Source of the DNA: Acidimicrobiaceae bacterium
GTDB taxonomy: Bacteria; Actinomycetota; Acidimicrobiia; Acidimicrobiales; UBA8190
DNA: 64,000 bases
Assembly: GCA_003151475.1 (NCBI GenBank)
Contig: PLXQ01000018.1
Coordinates: 1 to 64,000, forward strand
Direction: 5' to 3'
This document shows positions 8,781 through 18,396 of this stretch, piece after piece. Numbering within the stretch: position 1 is the stretch's first letter; each line of letters begins with the position of its first letter. Below the pieces are notes generated by a model, which was not told where the DNA came from, ran no database searches, and saw only the letters and a program-made list of their open reading frames with translations. A program made the position numbers and the translations under genes.

Positions 8781-11219
8781 ATGCGGAGACGCAGGCGGGG
8801 GACGGCACCGGACGGAGCCAGGGAAGACAACCTTGCCTGGGATCGGGCAGCGGTAAAGCCCCGAACGCTCGGTACCACTCTCCGCAGGCCGCTGTCCGTA
8901 ACGGTCGTCGTCTGGACGATATTGGCGGGTCTTGCGGGGCTGGGACCGTCGGGTACCACCACGGCCTCGGCGCTCTCGTTGACCCCGAATTGGCTGGAAC
9001 TGTCCCCGTCGACAAGCCCGCCAGGGCGGACTTCGGCGTCCATGGCCTATGACCCGGCGACCGGAGACACGGTGCTGTTCGGTGGGGCCGAGATCACGAG
9101 TGGCCCCGCCATCATGCTGTCCGACACCTGGACCTGGGATGGTTCGACCTGGACCGAGCAGTTTCCGTCCGCCAGCCCCCCTGCTCTGTACGGAGCCTCC
9201 CTCGCCTACGACGATGCCACGAACGACCTGGTCCTCTTTGGCGGTCTTTCCGACACCGGCGACATGTCCGAAACCTGGACTTGGAACGGAATCACATGGA
9301 CACAGCAGGTGTCGACTACCACTCCGCCCGTCCCGGTGCCGACGGCGCGTCACTCCGCCGCCATGGCCTACGACCACGTGGCAGGCCAACTGGTTCTGTT
9401 CGGAGGCCTGGATGGCCGGACGATTCTGAACGATACCTGGACATGGAACGGGACCACCTGGACACAGCAGCACCCCGCCACGAAGCCGACGGCACGTTAC
9501 GCCGCCTCCATGGCCTACGACCCAGCGATGGGAAACGCAGTGCTGTTCGGTGGCTATAGCGGCGGACAGACCGGCCTGTCAGACACGTGGACATGGAATG
9601 GAACAACCTGGTCACTGCAGAACCCGGCGATCATCCCCCCCGCTCGCTACGGAGCCTCGATGGCCTACGACCCCCTCCAAAGCGAAATCGTTCTTTTTGG
9701 CGGCTACGACAACGGTGCCAGCGACCTGTCGGATATGTGGACCTGGGATGGCACCAAGTGGGTACCGCGGTCGCCGACCACGAAACCCCCGGCTCGACGT
9801 TTTGCCGCCATGGACTACGACGCGGCGACGGCGAACCTGGTGCTTTTCGGGGGTGATCCGGGCGGTAGCGGCACTCCCGGTTCGCTGGACGACACCTGGA
9901 TTTGGGGATCCGGTGGCGCGTTCACTGATTCGGTCGCCCTCCCGAGCGTCATCCTCGGCGCTACCGACACCGCCACGGCCGCGGTGACCGGAGACGCCGG
10001 AGCTGCGGTCCCGACGGGCACCGTCAGGTTCTATGCCTGCGGCCCGACACCCACTCCGACGTCGTGTGAATCTCAAGCCAACCCTTTGGGCGCTCCGGTC
10101 AGCTTGAGTCCGATATCGAGCGATACCGCCGCAGCCATGTCGTCGGCTTTGAACCCGACGTCTACCGGCTATTGGTGCGTTGCCGCTGACTATTCGGGCG
10201 ACGCCAACTATGCCTTCGGTTCGGATACCACGACCGACGCGTGCTTCTTCGTAGAGCCACCGGTAGTCACCACACCTGCTGTGTCGACGGTCAGCCTCGG
10301 AAGTACCGACAACGACAATGCCACTGTGTTCGGAACGACGGCCGACGGTGCTCCGACGGGCACGGTCTCCTTCTACGATTGCGGTCCGACCGTCGTTCCG
10401 ACCTCCTGTACATCACAGACCAGCCCGGTCGGCGCACCGATCAGCCTGACGCCGGGACCAGGCGACACATCCACGGCGACGTCGCCCGGCTTTACCCCCA
10501 ACGCGCTCGGATATTGGTGCTTTGCCGGCGTGTATTCGGGTGACAGCAACTACGCGCCAGCATCCGACGCAACGACCGAAGAATGCATTCTCGTGACGGC
10601 CGTCTTTTCTTCTGTGTCCACCCTTTCCTCGATCAGTCTTGGGACCTCAGATACGGACGTGGCGACAGCGACCGGCAATGTCGGGTCAGCGACTCCTACG
10701 GGCACCGTCAGTTTCTACGAATGCGGGCCGAGTGCGACCCCTCTACCGTGTACATCAACGGTCAGCTCGATCGGCAGCCCGGTCACTCTGATACAGGGGC
10801 CAGCCAACACCGCCAAAGCGACGTCGCCCGCCTTTACCCCCAACGCAGTGGGCATCTGGTGCTTCGCTGCTGATTATTCTGGCGATGGCAACTACCCGCA
10901 AGGCTCTGACACCACCACCGACCAGTGTTTCAACGTGATTGACACTCTGCCGGCCTTTACGAGCGCCGGCTCGGCATCAGCCACTGCCAAACAGCCCTTC
11001 ACGTTCACCATCACAACGACCGGGTCGCCGACCGTGACAATCGTGAATTCTGGCGCCCGGAAGAAGTGGTTGGTGTTCGCCGACAATCACAACGGAACGG
11101 CCACGATAGATTCCAAAGCCGCGCGCACGGGCAAGCATGTGTTCACCTTCACGGCCACCAACGGTGCCGGTTCGGTCAACCAGACCTTCGTCCTTACGGT
11201 CCGTAAGGCAGGGGGATAG
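8781..11219 (+). CDS. Secreted Kelch-repeat protein with three tandem Ig-like repeats and a C-terminal He_PIG-like domain
   Basis: ATG 8781 preceded by GGGGGGAG; signal/TM LSVTVVVWTILAGLAGLG..ASA. Six Kelch blades (repeated DTWTWDG/NG..W, LFGG motifs). Three ~114-aa repeats each carry TGTVxFYxCGP...YWCFA..YSGDxNY. The C-terminal FTFTITTTGSPTVTIV...NGTATI...FTFTATNGAGSVNQTFVLTV resembles the putative Ig (He_PIG) domain. Confidence 0.8.
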   Translation: MRRRRRGTAPDGAREDNLAWDRAAVKPRTLGTTLRRPLSVTVVVWTILAGLAGLGPSGTTTASALSLTPNWLELSPSTSPPGRTSASMAYDPATGDTVLFGGAEITSGPAIMLSDTWTWDGSTWTEQFPSASPPALYGASLAYDDATNDLVLFGGLSDTGDMSETWTWNGITWTQQVSTTTPPVPVPTARHSAAMAYDHVAGQLVLFGGLDGRTILNDTWTWNGTTWTQQHPATKPTARYAASMAYDPAMGNAVLFGGYSGGQTGLSDTWTWNGTTWSLQNPAIIPPARYGASMAYDPLQSEIVLFGGYDNGASDLSDMWTWDGTKWVPRSPTTKPPARRFAAMDYDAATANLVLFGGDPGGSGTPGSLDDTWIWGSGGAFTDSVALPSVILGATDTATAAVTGDAGAAVPTGTVRFYACGPTPTPTSCESQANPLGAPVSLSPISSDTAAAMSSALNPTSTGYWCVAADYSGDANYAFGSDTTTDACFFVEPPVVTTPAVSTVSLGSTDNDNATVFGTTADGAPTGTVSFYDCGPTVVPTSCTSQTSPVGAPISLTPGPGDTSTATSPGFTPNALGYWCFAGVYSGDSNYAPASDATTEECILVTAVFSSVSTLSSISLGTSDTDVATATGNVGSATPTGTVSFYECGPSATPLPCTSTVSSIGSPVTLIQGPANTAKATSPAFTPNAVGIWCFAADYSGDGNYPQGSDTTTDQCFNVIDTLPAFTSAGSASATAKQPFTFTITTTGSPTVTIVNSGARKKWLVFADNHNGTATIDSKAARTGKHVFTFTATNGAGSVNQTFVLTVRKAGG
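9940..10965 (+). repeat. Three tandem ~342-bp coding repeats (Ig-like domain repeats) inside the Kelch protein gene
   Basis: Repeated protein blocks ...TGTVRFYACGP..., ...TGTVSFYDCGP..., ...TGTVSFYECGP..., each ending in YSGDxNY...SDxTTDxC. The nucleotide similarity is visible, e.g. recurring ctattggtgc / tattcgggcgac segments. Confidence 0.7.
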
Positions 11220-11384
11220 CTCGTCCCCGGTCGACATGATTGAGGCGAACGAGAGGTGCCACCGATCCGAGAGGCGTGGGCGCTGGTGGACGGCAATCCC
11301 TGAGGGGCCGGACGGCCTACGATCTCTGGTCGTAGACTTGCTTGCGGCCGCCGAACGAGAACGTTCGTGGCCAAGGAGGCGACC

Positions 11385-12164
11385 ATGTCGATCACTGCGG
11401 AGGACCGGACCAAGCAGCTGCCGATGCCCCCGACCTTTGCCACCTTCGAGGAGGAGCGGCGGCACCGCAAGGAACGCCTTGCTGCCGGCTTCCGGCTCTT
11501 CTCGAAGTTCGGTTTCGACGAAGGTGTGGCCGGCCACATCACCGCCCGTGACCCCGAGGACCCCGAGCTCTTCTGGGTGAACCCCTTCGCCGTCCACTTC
11601 GGCCATATCTCGGTCTCAGACCTCCTCTGCGTCAATGCCCAAGGCGAGGTGGTCGAAGGCAATCGCCCCGTGAACGTCGCCGCCTTCGCCATTCACTCCC
11701 AGGTCCACGCGGCCCGGCCCGACGTGACGGCGGCCGCCCACTCACACTCCGTCTACGGCAAGTCGTGGTCCGCTTTGGGCCGGACCCTCGATCCCATCAC
11801 GCAAGACGTCTGCGCCTTCTACGAGGACCATGACCTGTTCGACGACTACACCGGGGTAGTGGTCAACACCGAGGAGGGAAAGCGCATCGGCGCCGCCCTC
11901 GGTACGAACAAGGCCGTCATCTTGCGCAACCACGGACTGCTCACCGTGGGCGAGACGGTGGATGAGGCCGTGTGGTGGTTCATCACCATGGAGCGTTCCT
12001 GCCAGGCCCAGCTCTTGGCCGAGGCGGCCGGGACGCCGGTGCTCATCGACAAGGAGGTGGCGGCGCTCACCCACAGCCAGGTGGGGAACCACTACAGCGG
12101 CTGGCTCAGCTTCCAACCCCTCTACAACCGCGTCGTGCGGGAGCAACCCGACCTTCTCGACTGA
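11385..12164 (+). CDS. Class II aldolase/adducin family protein
   Basis: Metal-binding HxH context (AAAHSHSVYGKSW) and overall class II aldolase layout. ATG 11385 is preceded by AAGGAGG. Confidence 0.85.
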   Translation: MSITAEDRTKQLPMPPTFATFEEERRHRKERLAAGFRLFSKFGFDEGVAGHITARDPEDPELFWVNPFAVHFGHISVSDLLCVNAQGEVVEGNRPVNVAAFAIHSQVHAARPDVTAAAHSHSVYGKSWSALGRTLDPITQDVCAFYEDHDLFDDYTGVVVNTEEGKRIGAALGTNKAVILRNHGLLTVGETVDEAVWWFITMERSCQAQLLAEAAGTPVLIDKEVAALTHSQVGNHYSGWLSFQPLYNRVVREQPDLLD

Positions 12165-12212
12165 TCCTTTGCAGGCGCTTGGCGTCCGCACCCATCCTGA
12201 GAGGACATCACC

Positions 12213-13388
12213 GTGGACCGGCCGCTTACCTTCGGCGCCTTCATCGCCCCCTTCCATCCCGTCGGGCAGAACCCGACGCTGGCCATCGAGCGCGACCTCG
12301 AGCTCGTCGTCCGCATGGACCAGTTGGGCTTCCACGAGGCCTGGATCGGCGAGCACCACTCGGCCGGCTACGAGATCATCGCCTCTCCCGAGGTGGCCAT
12401 CGCCGTTCTCTCCCAGCGCACGAACAACATCCGCCTGGGGACCGGGGTGAGCTCACTGCCGTACCATCAGCCGCTCATCTTGGCCGACCGCATGGTGCTG
12501 CTCGACCACATCACCCGGGGCCGGATCATGTTCGGTGTCGGACCCGGGGCCTTGCCGTCCGACGCCTTCATGATGGGCATCGACCCCGCCGACCAGCGCG
12601 CCCGCATGGAGGAGTCCCTCGAAGCCATCCTGGCGCTGCTCGACGGCTCCGAGCTGGTGACCCGGAAGTCCGACTGGTTCACCTTGAAAGACGCCCGGCT
12701 GCAACTGCGGCCCTATACCCACCCCCGTTTCGAGGTGGCCGTGGCGGCTCAGGTGTCACCGGCCGGTCCGAGAGCGGCGGGCCGCTTCGGCCTGTCGCTT
12801 CTCTCCATCGGCGCTACCACCGCCGGGGGCTTCGACATCCTCGGCTCGCACTGGCTGACCATGGAGGAGCGGGCGGCCGAGTTCGGTACCACCGTGGATC
12901 GCGCCAAATGGCGGCTGGTGGGTCCCATGCACATCGCCGAGACCGAGGCCCAGGCGCGCAAGGACGTCGCCTTCGGGCTGGCCCAGTGGGTCGACTATTT
13001 CGAACGCGTGGCCGCTCTTCCCCTGGCGCCGGCCACCCTCGACCCCGACAAGCTGGTCGATGCCCTCATGGAGACGGGTTTCGCCGTCGTCGGTACCCCG
13101 GAGATGGCCGTGGCCCAGATCAAGCGCCTGGTCGAGCAGTCGGGCGGCTTCGGCACCTTCCTCCTCATGGCCCACGAATGGGCCGACCGGGAGGCGACGC
13201 TTCATTCCTACGAGCTCTTCGCCCGCGAAGTGATGCCCCACTTCCAGGGCACCCTGCCTTCGCTCGTCGGATCGCGCGACTGGGCGGCGGAGAACCGGCC
13301 CGAGTTCATCGGTGCCGTCGGTGGCGCCATCATGCAGGCCATCACAGACCACGCCGCGGAGCGCGAGGCCAAACAAAAGACGACCTGA
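12213..13388 (+). CDS. LLM-class flavin-dependent oxidoreductase (luciferase-like monooxygenase)
   Basis: TIM-barrel LLM motifs (GFHEAWIGEHH, GRIMFGVGPGA). GTG start preceded by GAGAGGA. Confidence 0.85.
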   Translation: MDRPLTFGAFIAPFHPVGQNPTLAIERDLELVVRMDQLGFHEAWIGEHHSAGYEIIASPEVAIAVLSQRTNNIRLGTGVSSLPYHQPLILADRMVLLDHITRGRIMFGVGPGALPSDAFMMGIDPADQRARMEESLEAILALLDGSELVTRKSDWFTLKDARLQLRPYTHPRFEVAVAAQVSPAGPRAAGRFGLSLLSIGATTAGGFDILGSHWLTMEERAAEFGTTVDRAKWRLVGPMHIAETEAQARKDVAFGLAQWVDYFERVAALPLAPATLDPDKLVDALMETGFAVVGTPEMAVAQIKRLVEQSGGFGTFLLMAHEWADREATLHSYELFAREVMPHFQGTLPSLVGSRDWAAENRPEFIGAVGGAIMQAITDHAAEREAKQKTT

Positions 13389-13407
13389 CGGTGGATTGCG
13401 GGCGCTG

Positions 13408-14967
13408 TCAGCTGCCGACGTCGCGCCGGGCGTCGAAAGTGGGAACGAGGGTCCGTGCCGCGCGGGCTTCGTCCACGCGGCGCACGGGAGTGGCGTGTGG
13501 CGCCTCGGCGGCGTACTGGGCTCCACCGGGCTCCACCGCCTCGGCGGCGATCTTCTCGAGGGCGGTGGCCAGAGCTTCGAGGGTCTGCAGGCTTTCCGTC
13601 TCGGTCGGCTCGAGCATCAGGGCCTCGTCCACGATCAGCGGGAAGTAGACGGTCGGCGAGTGAAACCCCTCTTCGAGCAGCCGCTTGGCCACATCAAGCG
13701 CTCTCACCCCGGTCGACTTCTTGAGCGAGGAGGCCGACAGCACACATTCGTGCATGCAGGGCCGGTCGTAGGGGACGTCGTAGGTCCCCGACAGCCGGGT
13801 CCGCAGCCAGTTGGCGTTCAGCACCGCCAGTTGCGCCACCTGCTTCAGCCCGTCGCCCCCGTGGACGAGCAGATAGGTGAGAGCCCGAGCCAGCACCAAA
13901 GCGTTTCCGTGCCACGAATGGACACGTCCGATCGACTCCGGCGTCGTGCTCCAGCCGTAGCGGTCCCCGGCTCCGTCGGCCAGACGCGTGGGCCGCGGCC
14001 CCGGCAAGTATGGCACCAGGCGTTGCGACACGGCCACCGGTCCGGCTCCCGGACCACCCCCGCCGTGCGGGGTGGCAAACGTCTTGTGCAAGTTCAGGTG
14101 CACGATGTCGAAACCCATGTCTCCGGGGCGTACCACGCCGACGATGGCGTTCAGATTGGCGCCGTCGTAATAGAGAAGGCCACCCACCTCGTGCACGGCG
14201 GCGGCGATGGCCACGATGTCCTCTTCGAACAACCCGAGTGTGTTGGGGTTGGTCAGCATGATCCCGGCCACGTCCTCGTCGAGCACGGCCCGCAGGGCGT
14301 CAAGATCGACACAGCCCCGGGCGTCGCTCGGGACGGTGACCACCTCATAGCCACCGAGGGTCACCGACGCCGGGTTGGTGCCGTGGGCCGAATCGGGGAT
14401 CACGACTTTGTGTCGCGTCTGGCCGTGCGCATCGTGCCAGGCCCGCATCAGCAGCAGCCCTGTCAGCTCCCCTGCGGCACCTGCCGCCGGTTGCAAGGTG
14501 GCCGCCGCCATTCCCGTGATCTCGCACAGCTGTTGCTCGAGCTCGACCAGCAGCTGCAGCCATCCCTGGGTGCAAGACGCCGGCGCGCCGGGGTGCACGT
14601 CCGCCAGTCCCGGCAAGACGGCCACGGCGTCACAGATCTTGGGGTTGTACTTCATGGTGCACGACCCGAGCGGATAAGCGCCGAGGTCGACCGAGAACTG
14701 CCGGTGGCTCAGACGGGTGAAGTGGCCCACCAGGTCGCGCTCGGACACCTCGGCCAGCCCCGGCGGTGCGGGGCGGCGGTGCTCGGCGGGGACGAGGTCC
14801 TCGAGGGAGACCTCGGGAACTCCCGTCGTCCGTAGTTGCCACGAGCGGCGGCCGGGCTGCGAGAGCTCGAACAGCGTGGGCTCCGCGTCACGCCCCATGA
14901 GCGGCGCGCTCAACGCCCGTCCGCCGGCGGCCGGCTCCGGCATCACATCGGTGACCACATCGGTCAT
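13408..14967 (-). CDS. gcvPB: Glycine dehydrogenase (decarboxylating) subunit 2, GcvPB (PLP-binding)
   Basis: PLP-lysine context HLNLHKTFATPHGGGGPG. Start at ATG 14967 forms an ATGA overlap with the gcvPA stop. The 107-aa upstream extension in ORF 13408..15288 is the alternate frame of gcvPA and was rejected. Confidence 0.9.
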   Translation of the reverse strand: MTDVVTDVMPEPAAGGRALSAPLMGRDAEPTLFELSQPGRRSWQLRTTGVPEVSLEDLVPAEHRRPAPPGLAEVSERDLVGHFTRLSHRQFSVDLGAYPLGSCTMKYNPKICDAVAVLPGLADVHPGAPASCTQGWLQLLVELEQQLCEITGMAAATLQPAAGAAGELTGLLLMRAWHDAHGQTRHKVVIPDSAHGTNPASVTLGGYEVVTVPSDARGCVDLDALRAVLDEDVAGIMLTNPNTLGLFEEDIVAIAAAVHEVGGLLYYDGANLNAIVGVVRPGDMGFDIVHLNLHKTFATPHGGGGPGAGPVAVSQRLVPYLPGPRPTRLADGAGDRYGWSTTPESIGRVHSWHGNALVLARALTYLLVHGGDGLKQVAQLAVLNANWLRTRLSGTYDVPYDRPCMHECVLSASSLKKSTGVRALDVAKRLLEEGFHSPTVYFPLIVDEALMLEPTETESLQTLEALATALEKIAAEAVEPGGAQYAAEAPHATPVRRVDEARAARTLVPTFDARRDVGS

Positions 14968-16316
14968 CAGCGCACCGCCTTGGCCATGGCGTCGACGAAG
15001 GCGTCGATCTCGGTTCGGGTCCGTCTCTCGGTCACGGCTACGAGCAACCCGTCGTCCGCACCCGAGCTGTAGCTCCCGTCGAGGGCGATCCCGGCCAGGA
15101 ATCCTTCGTCCACCAGCCGCTCGATGACCACGGGGGCCGGCAACGGCAGGCGGACGGCGAATTCCCGCAGCACGGCGGCGTCGGCCAACGCTTCGATGCC
15201 GGGAATGCCCAGCAGCTTCTCCCGGCAGTAGCGCGTGCCGCGGGCGGAACGCAGCGCCACCTCGGCGATGCCCGTCGTCCCCAACCACCCCAGTTGGATG
15301 GCGGCCGTCACCGCCATCAGCGTCTGGTTGGTGCAGACGTTGGACGTCGCCTTGTGGCGCCTGATGTCCTGCTCACGGGCGCGCAGGGTGGTCACATAGG
15401 CCCGGCGTCCCTCGGCGTCCACCGTCTCGCCCACCAGCCGGCCCGGCAGCCGCCGGACCTGGGAGAGGCCACAGGCGAAGAGCCCCAGATAGGGCCCGCC
15501 GAAGCCGAGGGGCATGCCGAGCGCCTGGCCCTCCCCCACCACCACGTCGGCGCCCCAGTCGCTCGGCGGTCGCAGGACGCCGGCGGCGATGGGATCGAAC
15601 GCCACCACCAACATGGCCCCCGTCCGGTCACAGACGGCGCGCGCCGCCGCCAGGTCCTCCAGACAGCCGAGGTAGTTGGGGTAGGCCACGAGCACCACGC
15701 CGGGGGCTTCCCCATCGGCGTCGGCGCCCTCCCACTGGGTGGTGCCGTTGGTCAGAGCGACATCGACCAGGCGGTGACCGGTCCCGGCGCTGAAGGTGGC
15801 GAGCACCTGGCGCCACGTCGGGTTGAGCCCGCGCGAGACCCACACCGTCTGTCGTCCCGTGGCCGCCACCGCCAGGTTCACGGCCTCGACGGTGGCGGCG
15901 GCCCCGTCGTAGAGCGAGGCGTTGGCCACCTCCATCCCCGTGAGCCGGGCCACCAGGGTCTGGAACTCGAAGACGGCCTGCAGCACGCCCTGGGCCACCT
16001 CGGGTTGATACGGCGTGTACGAGGTCACGAACTCCGAGCGCGAGGCGAGGGCCCGGGTCACCGGCGGCACCTCGTGGTCGTAGGCGCCGCCGCCGGCGAA
16101 GCAGACGAGATCGCGCCCGGCAGGACGGTTCGCTCGGGACAGGTCGTCGATGTAGGCGAAGGCGTCGGGCTCGGGCATTCCCTCAGGCAGGTCCAGACCG
16201 CCGGCCATGCGCAGTGCAGCGGGGACGACGGCAAAGAGGTCGTCGAGCGACGACAGCCCGAGGAACTCGAGCATGGCGGCCACCTCGGCCTCGGTGTGCG
16301 GGGCGTACCCGGACAT
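14967..16316 (-). CDS. gcvPA: Glycine dehydrogenase (decarboxylating) subunit 1, GcvPA
   Basis: Conserved GcvPA N-terminal region (YTPYQPEVAQGVLQAVFEFQT). ATGA overlap with the gcvT stop at 16316. Confidence 0.9.
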   Translation of the reverse strand: MSGYAPHTEAEVAAMLEFLGLSSLDDLFAVVPAALRMAGGLDLPEGMPEPDAFAYIDDLSRANRPAGRDLVCFAGGGAYDHEVPPVTRALASRSEFVTSYTPYQPEVAQGVLQAVFEFQTLVARLTGMEVANASLYDGAAATVEAVNLAVAATGRQTVWVSRGLNPTWRQVLATFSAGTGHRLVDVALTNGTTQWEGADADGEAPGVVLVAYPNYLGCLEDLAAARAVCDRTGAMLVVAFDPIAAGVLRPPSDWGADVVVGEGQALGMPLGFGGPYLGLFACGLSQVRRLPGRLVGETVDAEGRRAYVTTLRAREQDIRRHKATSNVCTNQTLMAVTAAIQLGWLGTTGIAEVALRSARGTRYCREKLLGIPGIEALADAAVLREFAVRLPLPAPVVIERLVDEGFLAGIALDGSYSSGADDGLLVAVTERRTRTEIDAFVDAMAKAVR

Positions 16317-17470
16317 CAGCGCCCTCCCGCGCCCTGGCCGGCACTGTGTCCGGCGCGTACGAACGGCATCTTGGTGACCCGGGCGGGAAGCTCGCGCCCG
16401 CGCACCTCGAGGATCACGCTGTCATCGTCGGCCACCGAGGCGGCCGTGTCGACGAGAGCCATGGCGATCCCGCGCTCGAGCACGGGAGAGAAGTTCCCAC
16501 TGGTCACGGTGCCCACGCGCCTGGCGCCGAAGAGGACGCCGTCGTCGTGACGCGGCGGCTGGCGGCCATCGGTGATGAGGCCCCGCAGTCGTCGCCGCGG
16601 GCCGTCGGCCCGTTCGCGCTCGAGCGGAGCCCGGCCCCGGAAGTCCCCTTTGTCCCAGCCCACCACCCAGCCGAGGCCGGCCTGGAGCGGTGTGATACCG
16701 GGACCGAGGTCCTGGCCGTGCAGGGGCAACCCCGCTTCGAGCCGCAGCGTGTCGCGCGCCCCGAGCCCGGCGGGGACAACCCCCGTGTCGAGCACCGCCG
16801 TCCAGAACGCCGGCGCTACCGAAACGGGCACGGCGCACTCGACACCGTCCTCTCCGGTGTAGCCGGTGCCTGCGGCCGTGCACAGCTCGCCGTTCCAGGT
16901 GAACGTCGTCACGGCGAAGCGGGGCACGGCCGCTGCTTCGGGGGCCACCGAGGCCAGGCGCCGGCGGGCGTCTGGTCCCTGGACGGCGATCACGGCCCGC
17001 TGCGGTGTGGTGTCGCGGCCGCCGATGGCCTGGCGCACCCGCTCGGTGTTCGAGGCGTTGGGCATGACGTCGAAGACGCCGTCGGCGATCCACCACACGA
17101 TGATGTCGTCGGTCACCGAGGCATCATCGGCGTCGAGGAGATGGGTGTACTGGGCCCGCCCGGGAGCGACCTTGCGCAGGTCGTTGCTGAACTCCCGCTG
17201 GAGCAGATCGAAGGCGTCGGTCCCCTCCAGCCGCACGGTCCCCAGGTGGCTCACGTCGAAGGCCACGGCGTCGTGGCGACACGCCCGGTGCTCGGCCAAC
17301 GTCCCCGTCTCATAGGCGAGGGGCATCAGCCAGCCCCCGAACTCCACCAGCTTGGCCCCGAGGGCGCGGTGGCACTCCTCCAGGGGCGAGTGGCGCAGGG
17401 CGCCCTCGTCCGGGGTCGTCTCGGGGGCGGGCGCGCTGGCGGGGGACGGCGTGGACGTGGGGGGCGTCAC
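16316..17470 (-). CDS. gcvT: Glycine cleavage system T protein (aminomethyltransferase)
   Basis: GcvT fold motifs (FGGWLMPLAY, DVSHLG) and a folate-binding C-terminal domain. GTG start at 17470 with GGGAGG only 1 nt upstream, so the true start may differ by a few codons. Confidence 0.85.
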   Translation of the reverse strand: MTPPTSTPSPASAPAPETTPDEGALRHSPLEECHRALGAKLVEFGGWLMPLAYETGTLAEHRACRHDAVAFDVSHLGTVRLEGTDAFDLLQREFSNDLRKVAPGRAQYTHLLDADDASVTDDIIVWWIADGVFDVMPNASNTERVRQAIGGRDTTPQRAVIAVQGPDARRRLASVAPEAAAVPRFAVTTFTWNGELCTAAGTGYTGEDGVECAVPVSVAPAFWTAVLDTGVVPAGLGARDTLRLEAGLPLHGQDLGPGITPLQAGLGWVVGWDKGDFRGRAPLERERADGPRRRLRGLITDGRQPPRHDDGVLFGARRVGTVTSGNFSPVLERGIAMALVDTAASVADDDSVILEVRGRELPARVTKMPFVRAGHSAGQGAGGR

Positions 17471-17480
17471 TCCTCCCAGC

Positions 17481-17813
17481 CTATGCGGCGGGCGACGAGG
17501 GTCGAGAGAACCCGTACTTGCCCAGAAGGGCCAGATAGTCCCGCTGGTAGAGCAGCTTCACCTCGACCTCGGGGTGAAGCTCACGCAGCCGCCGGACCTT
17601 GGCGTTCTTCCGGGTCACCAGCTTCTGCGACAGGGTGGTCAGCTCGATGAAACAGCCGTGGTCGGGGAGGTAGAAGTCGGGGCGGAAGGCGGCGGCCGGC
17701 GTGTTGTCCTCGTTCCATTCGAGGACGAACTCCACGGGCTCGTACTCCCACCGCACGCCGTAGAAATCGAGCAGCTCGGCAAAATGAAGCTCTGACTCAT
17801 GCGCGAACGGCAT
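17481..17813 (-). CDS. Conserved hypothetical protein (111 aa), possible PD-(D/E)XK nuclease-like fold
   Basis: ORF 17481..17843 trimmed to MPFAHESEL. The motif FRPDFYLPDHGCFIELTT...K...EVEVK is reminiscent of Vsr/DUF559-type endonuclease cores; the family assignment is tentative. Confidence 0.45.
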   Translation of the reverse strand: MPFAHESELHFAELLDFYGVRWEYEPVEFVLEWNEDNTPAAAFRPDFYLPDHGCFIELTTLSQKLVTRKNAKVRRLRELHPEVEVKLLYQRDYLALLGKYGFSRPSSPAA

Positions 17814-17850
17814 CGTCAGCAGGATCCCCTCCCCCGTCGCCACCCCACGG

Positions 17851-18396
17851 TCAACCGCCCGCCGCCTCCCCCGCAGCCGGCGTCATACCGACCATGGGAG
17901 CGACCTGCGCTTCGCGTTCGATACGCAAGATGTCTGCATTCAATTCCTCGACAACGCCCGACAGGGGGACGATGTTCAGAACCCCCTGTCCGCCCTTCAA
18001 CAGATCGACGACTTCGCCGTCGCTGTGAGCCAGGACTGAGTTGGTACCCACGAGAACAAGATTGGTGGCGGCGAGATCGCCCCCGAGTCCTTGGCGCATG
18101 CATTCCACAGCGCGCCGCGCCCTCTGCAACGAGATGCCGGCGTCGAGCAGTTGCTTGATGACTTTGAGCTCGAGCACGTCGTGGTAGGAGTAGCGGCGCT
18201 GTGTTCCGCTGCCGCGCGCGTCGGCGATCGACGGGCGCAGAAGACCGGTGCGGGCCCAGTAGTCGAGTTGCCGGTATGTGATGCCGACGAGAGTGCAGAC
18301 CTGAGGTCCGCGAAATCCGTCGCTGGTCTGATCCGCCGCGCTCGGTACACAACTCGATCCAGCAACAGTCACGGTGTCCGGGAATCGATCGACCAT
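17851..18396 (-). CDS. MerR-family transcriptional regulator
   Basis: N-terminal MerR HTH (LVGITYRQLDYWARTGLLRPS...RRYSYHDVLELKVIKQLLDAGISL). Start trimmed to MVDRFPDTV. First gene of the co-oriented string ending in gcvPB. Confidence 0.7.
   Translation of the reverse strand: MVDRFPDTVTVAGSSCVPSAADQTSDGFRGPQVCTLVGITYRQLDYWARTGLLRPSIADARGSGTQRRYSYHDVLELKVIKQLLDAGISLQRARRAVECMRQGLGGDLAATNLVLVGTNSVLAHSDGEVVDLLKGGQGVLNIVPLSGVVEELNADILRIEREAQVAPMVGMTPAAGEAAGG

Noticed and set aside
14968-15288. 107-aa N-terminal extension of the gcvPB ORF
   Set aside because: Overlaps gcvPA in another frame with no GcvPB homology. ATG 14967 gives a canonical ATGA coupling.
15294-16550. 418-aa plus-strand ORF antisense to gcvPA/gcvT
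   Set aside because: Shadow ORF with low-complexity product.
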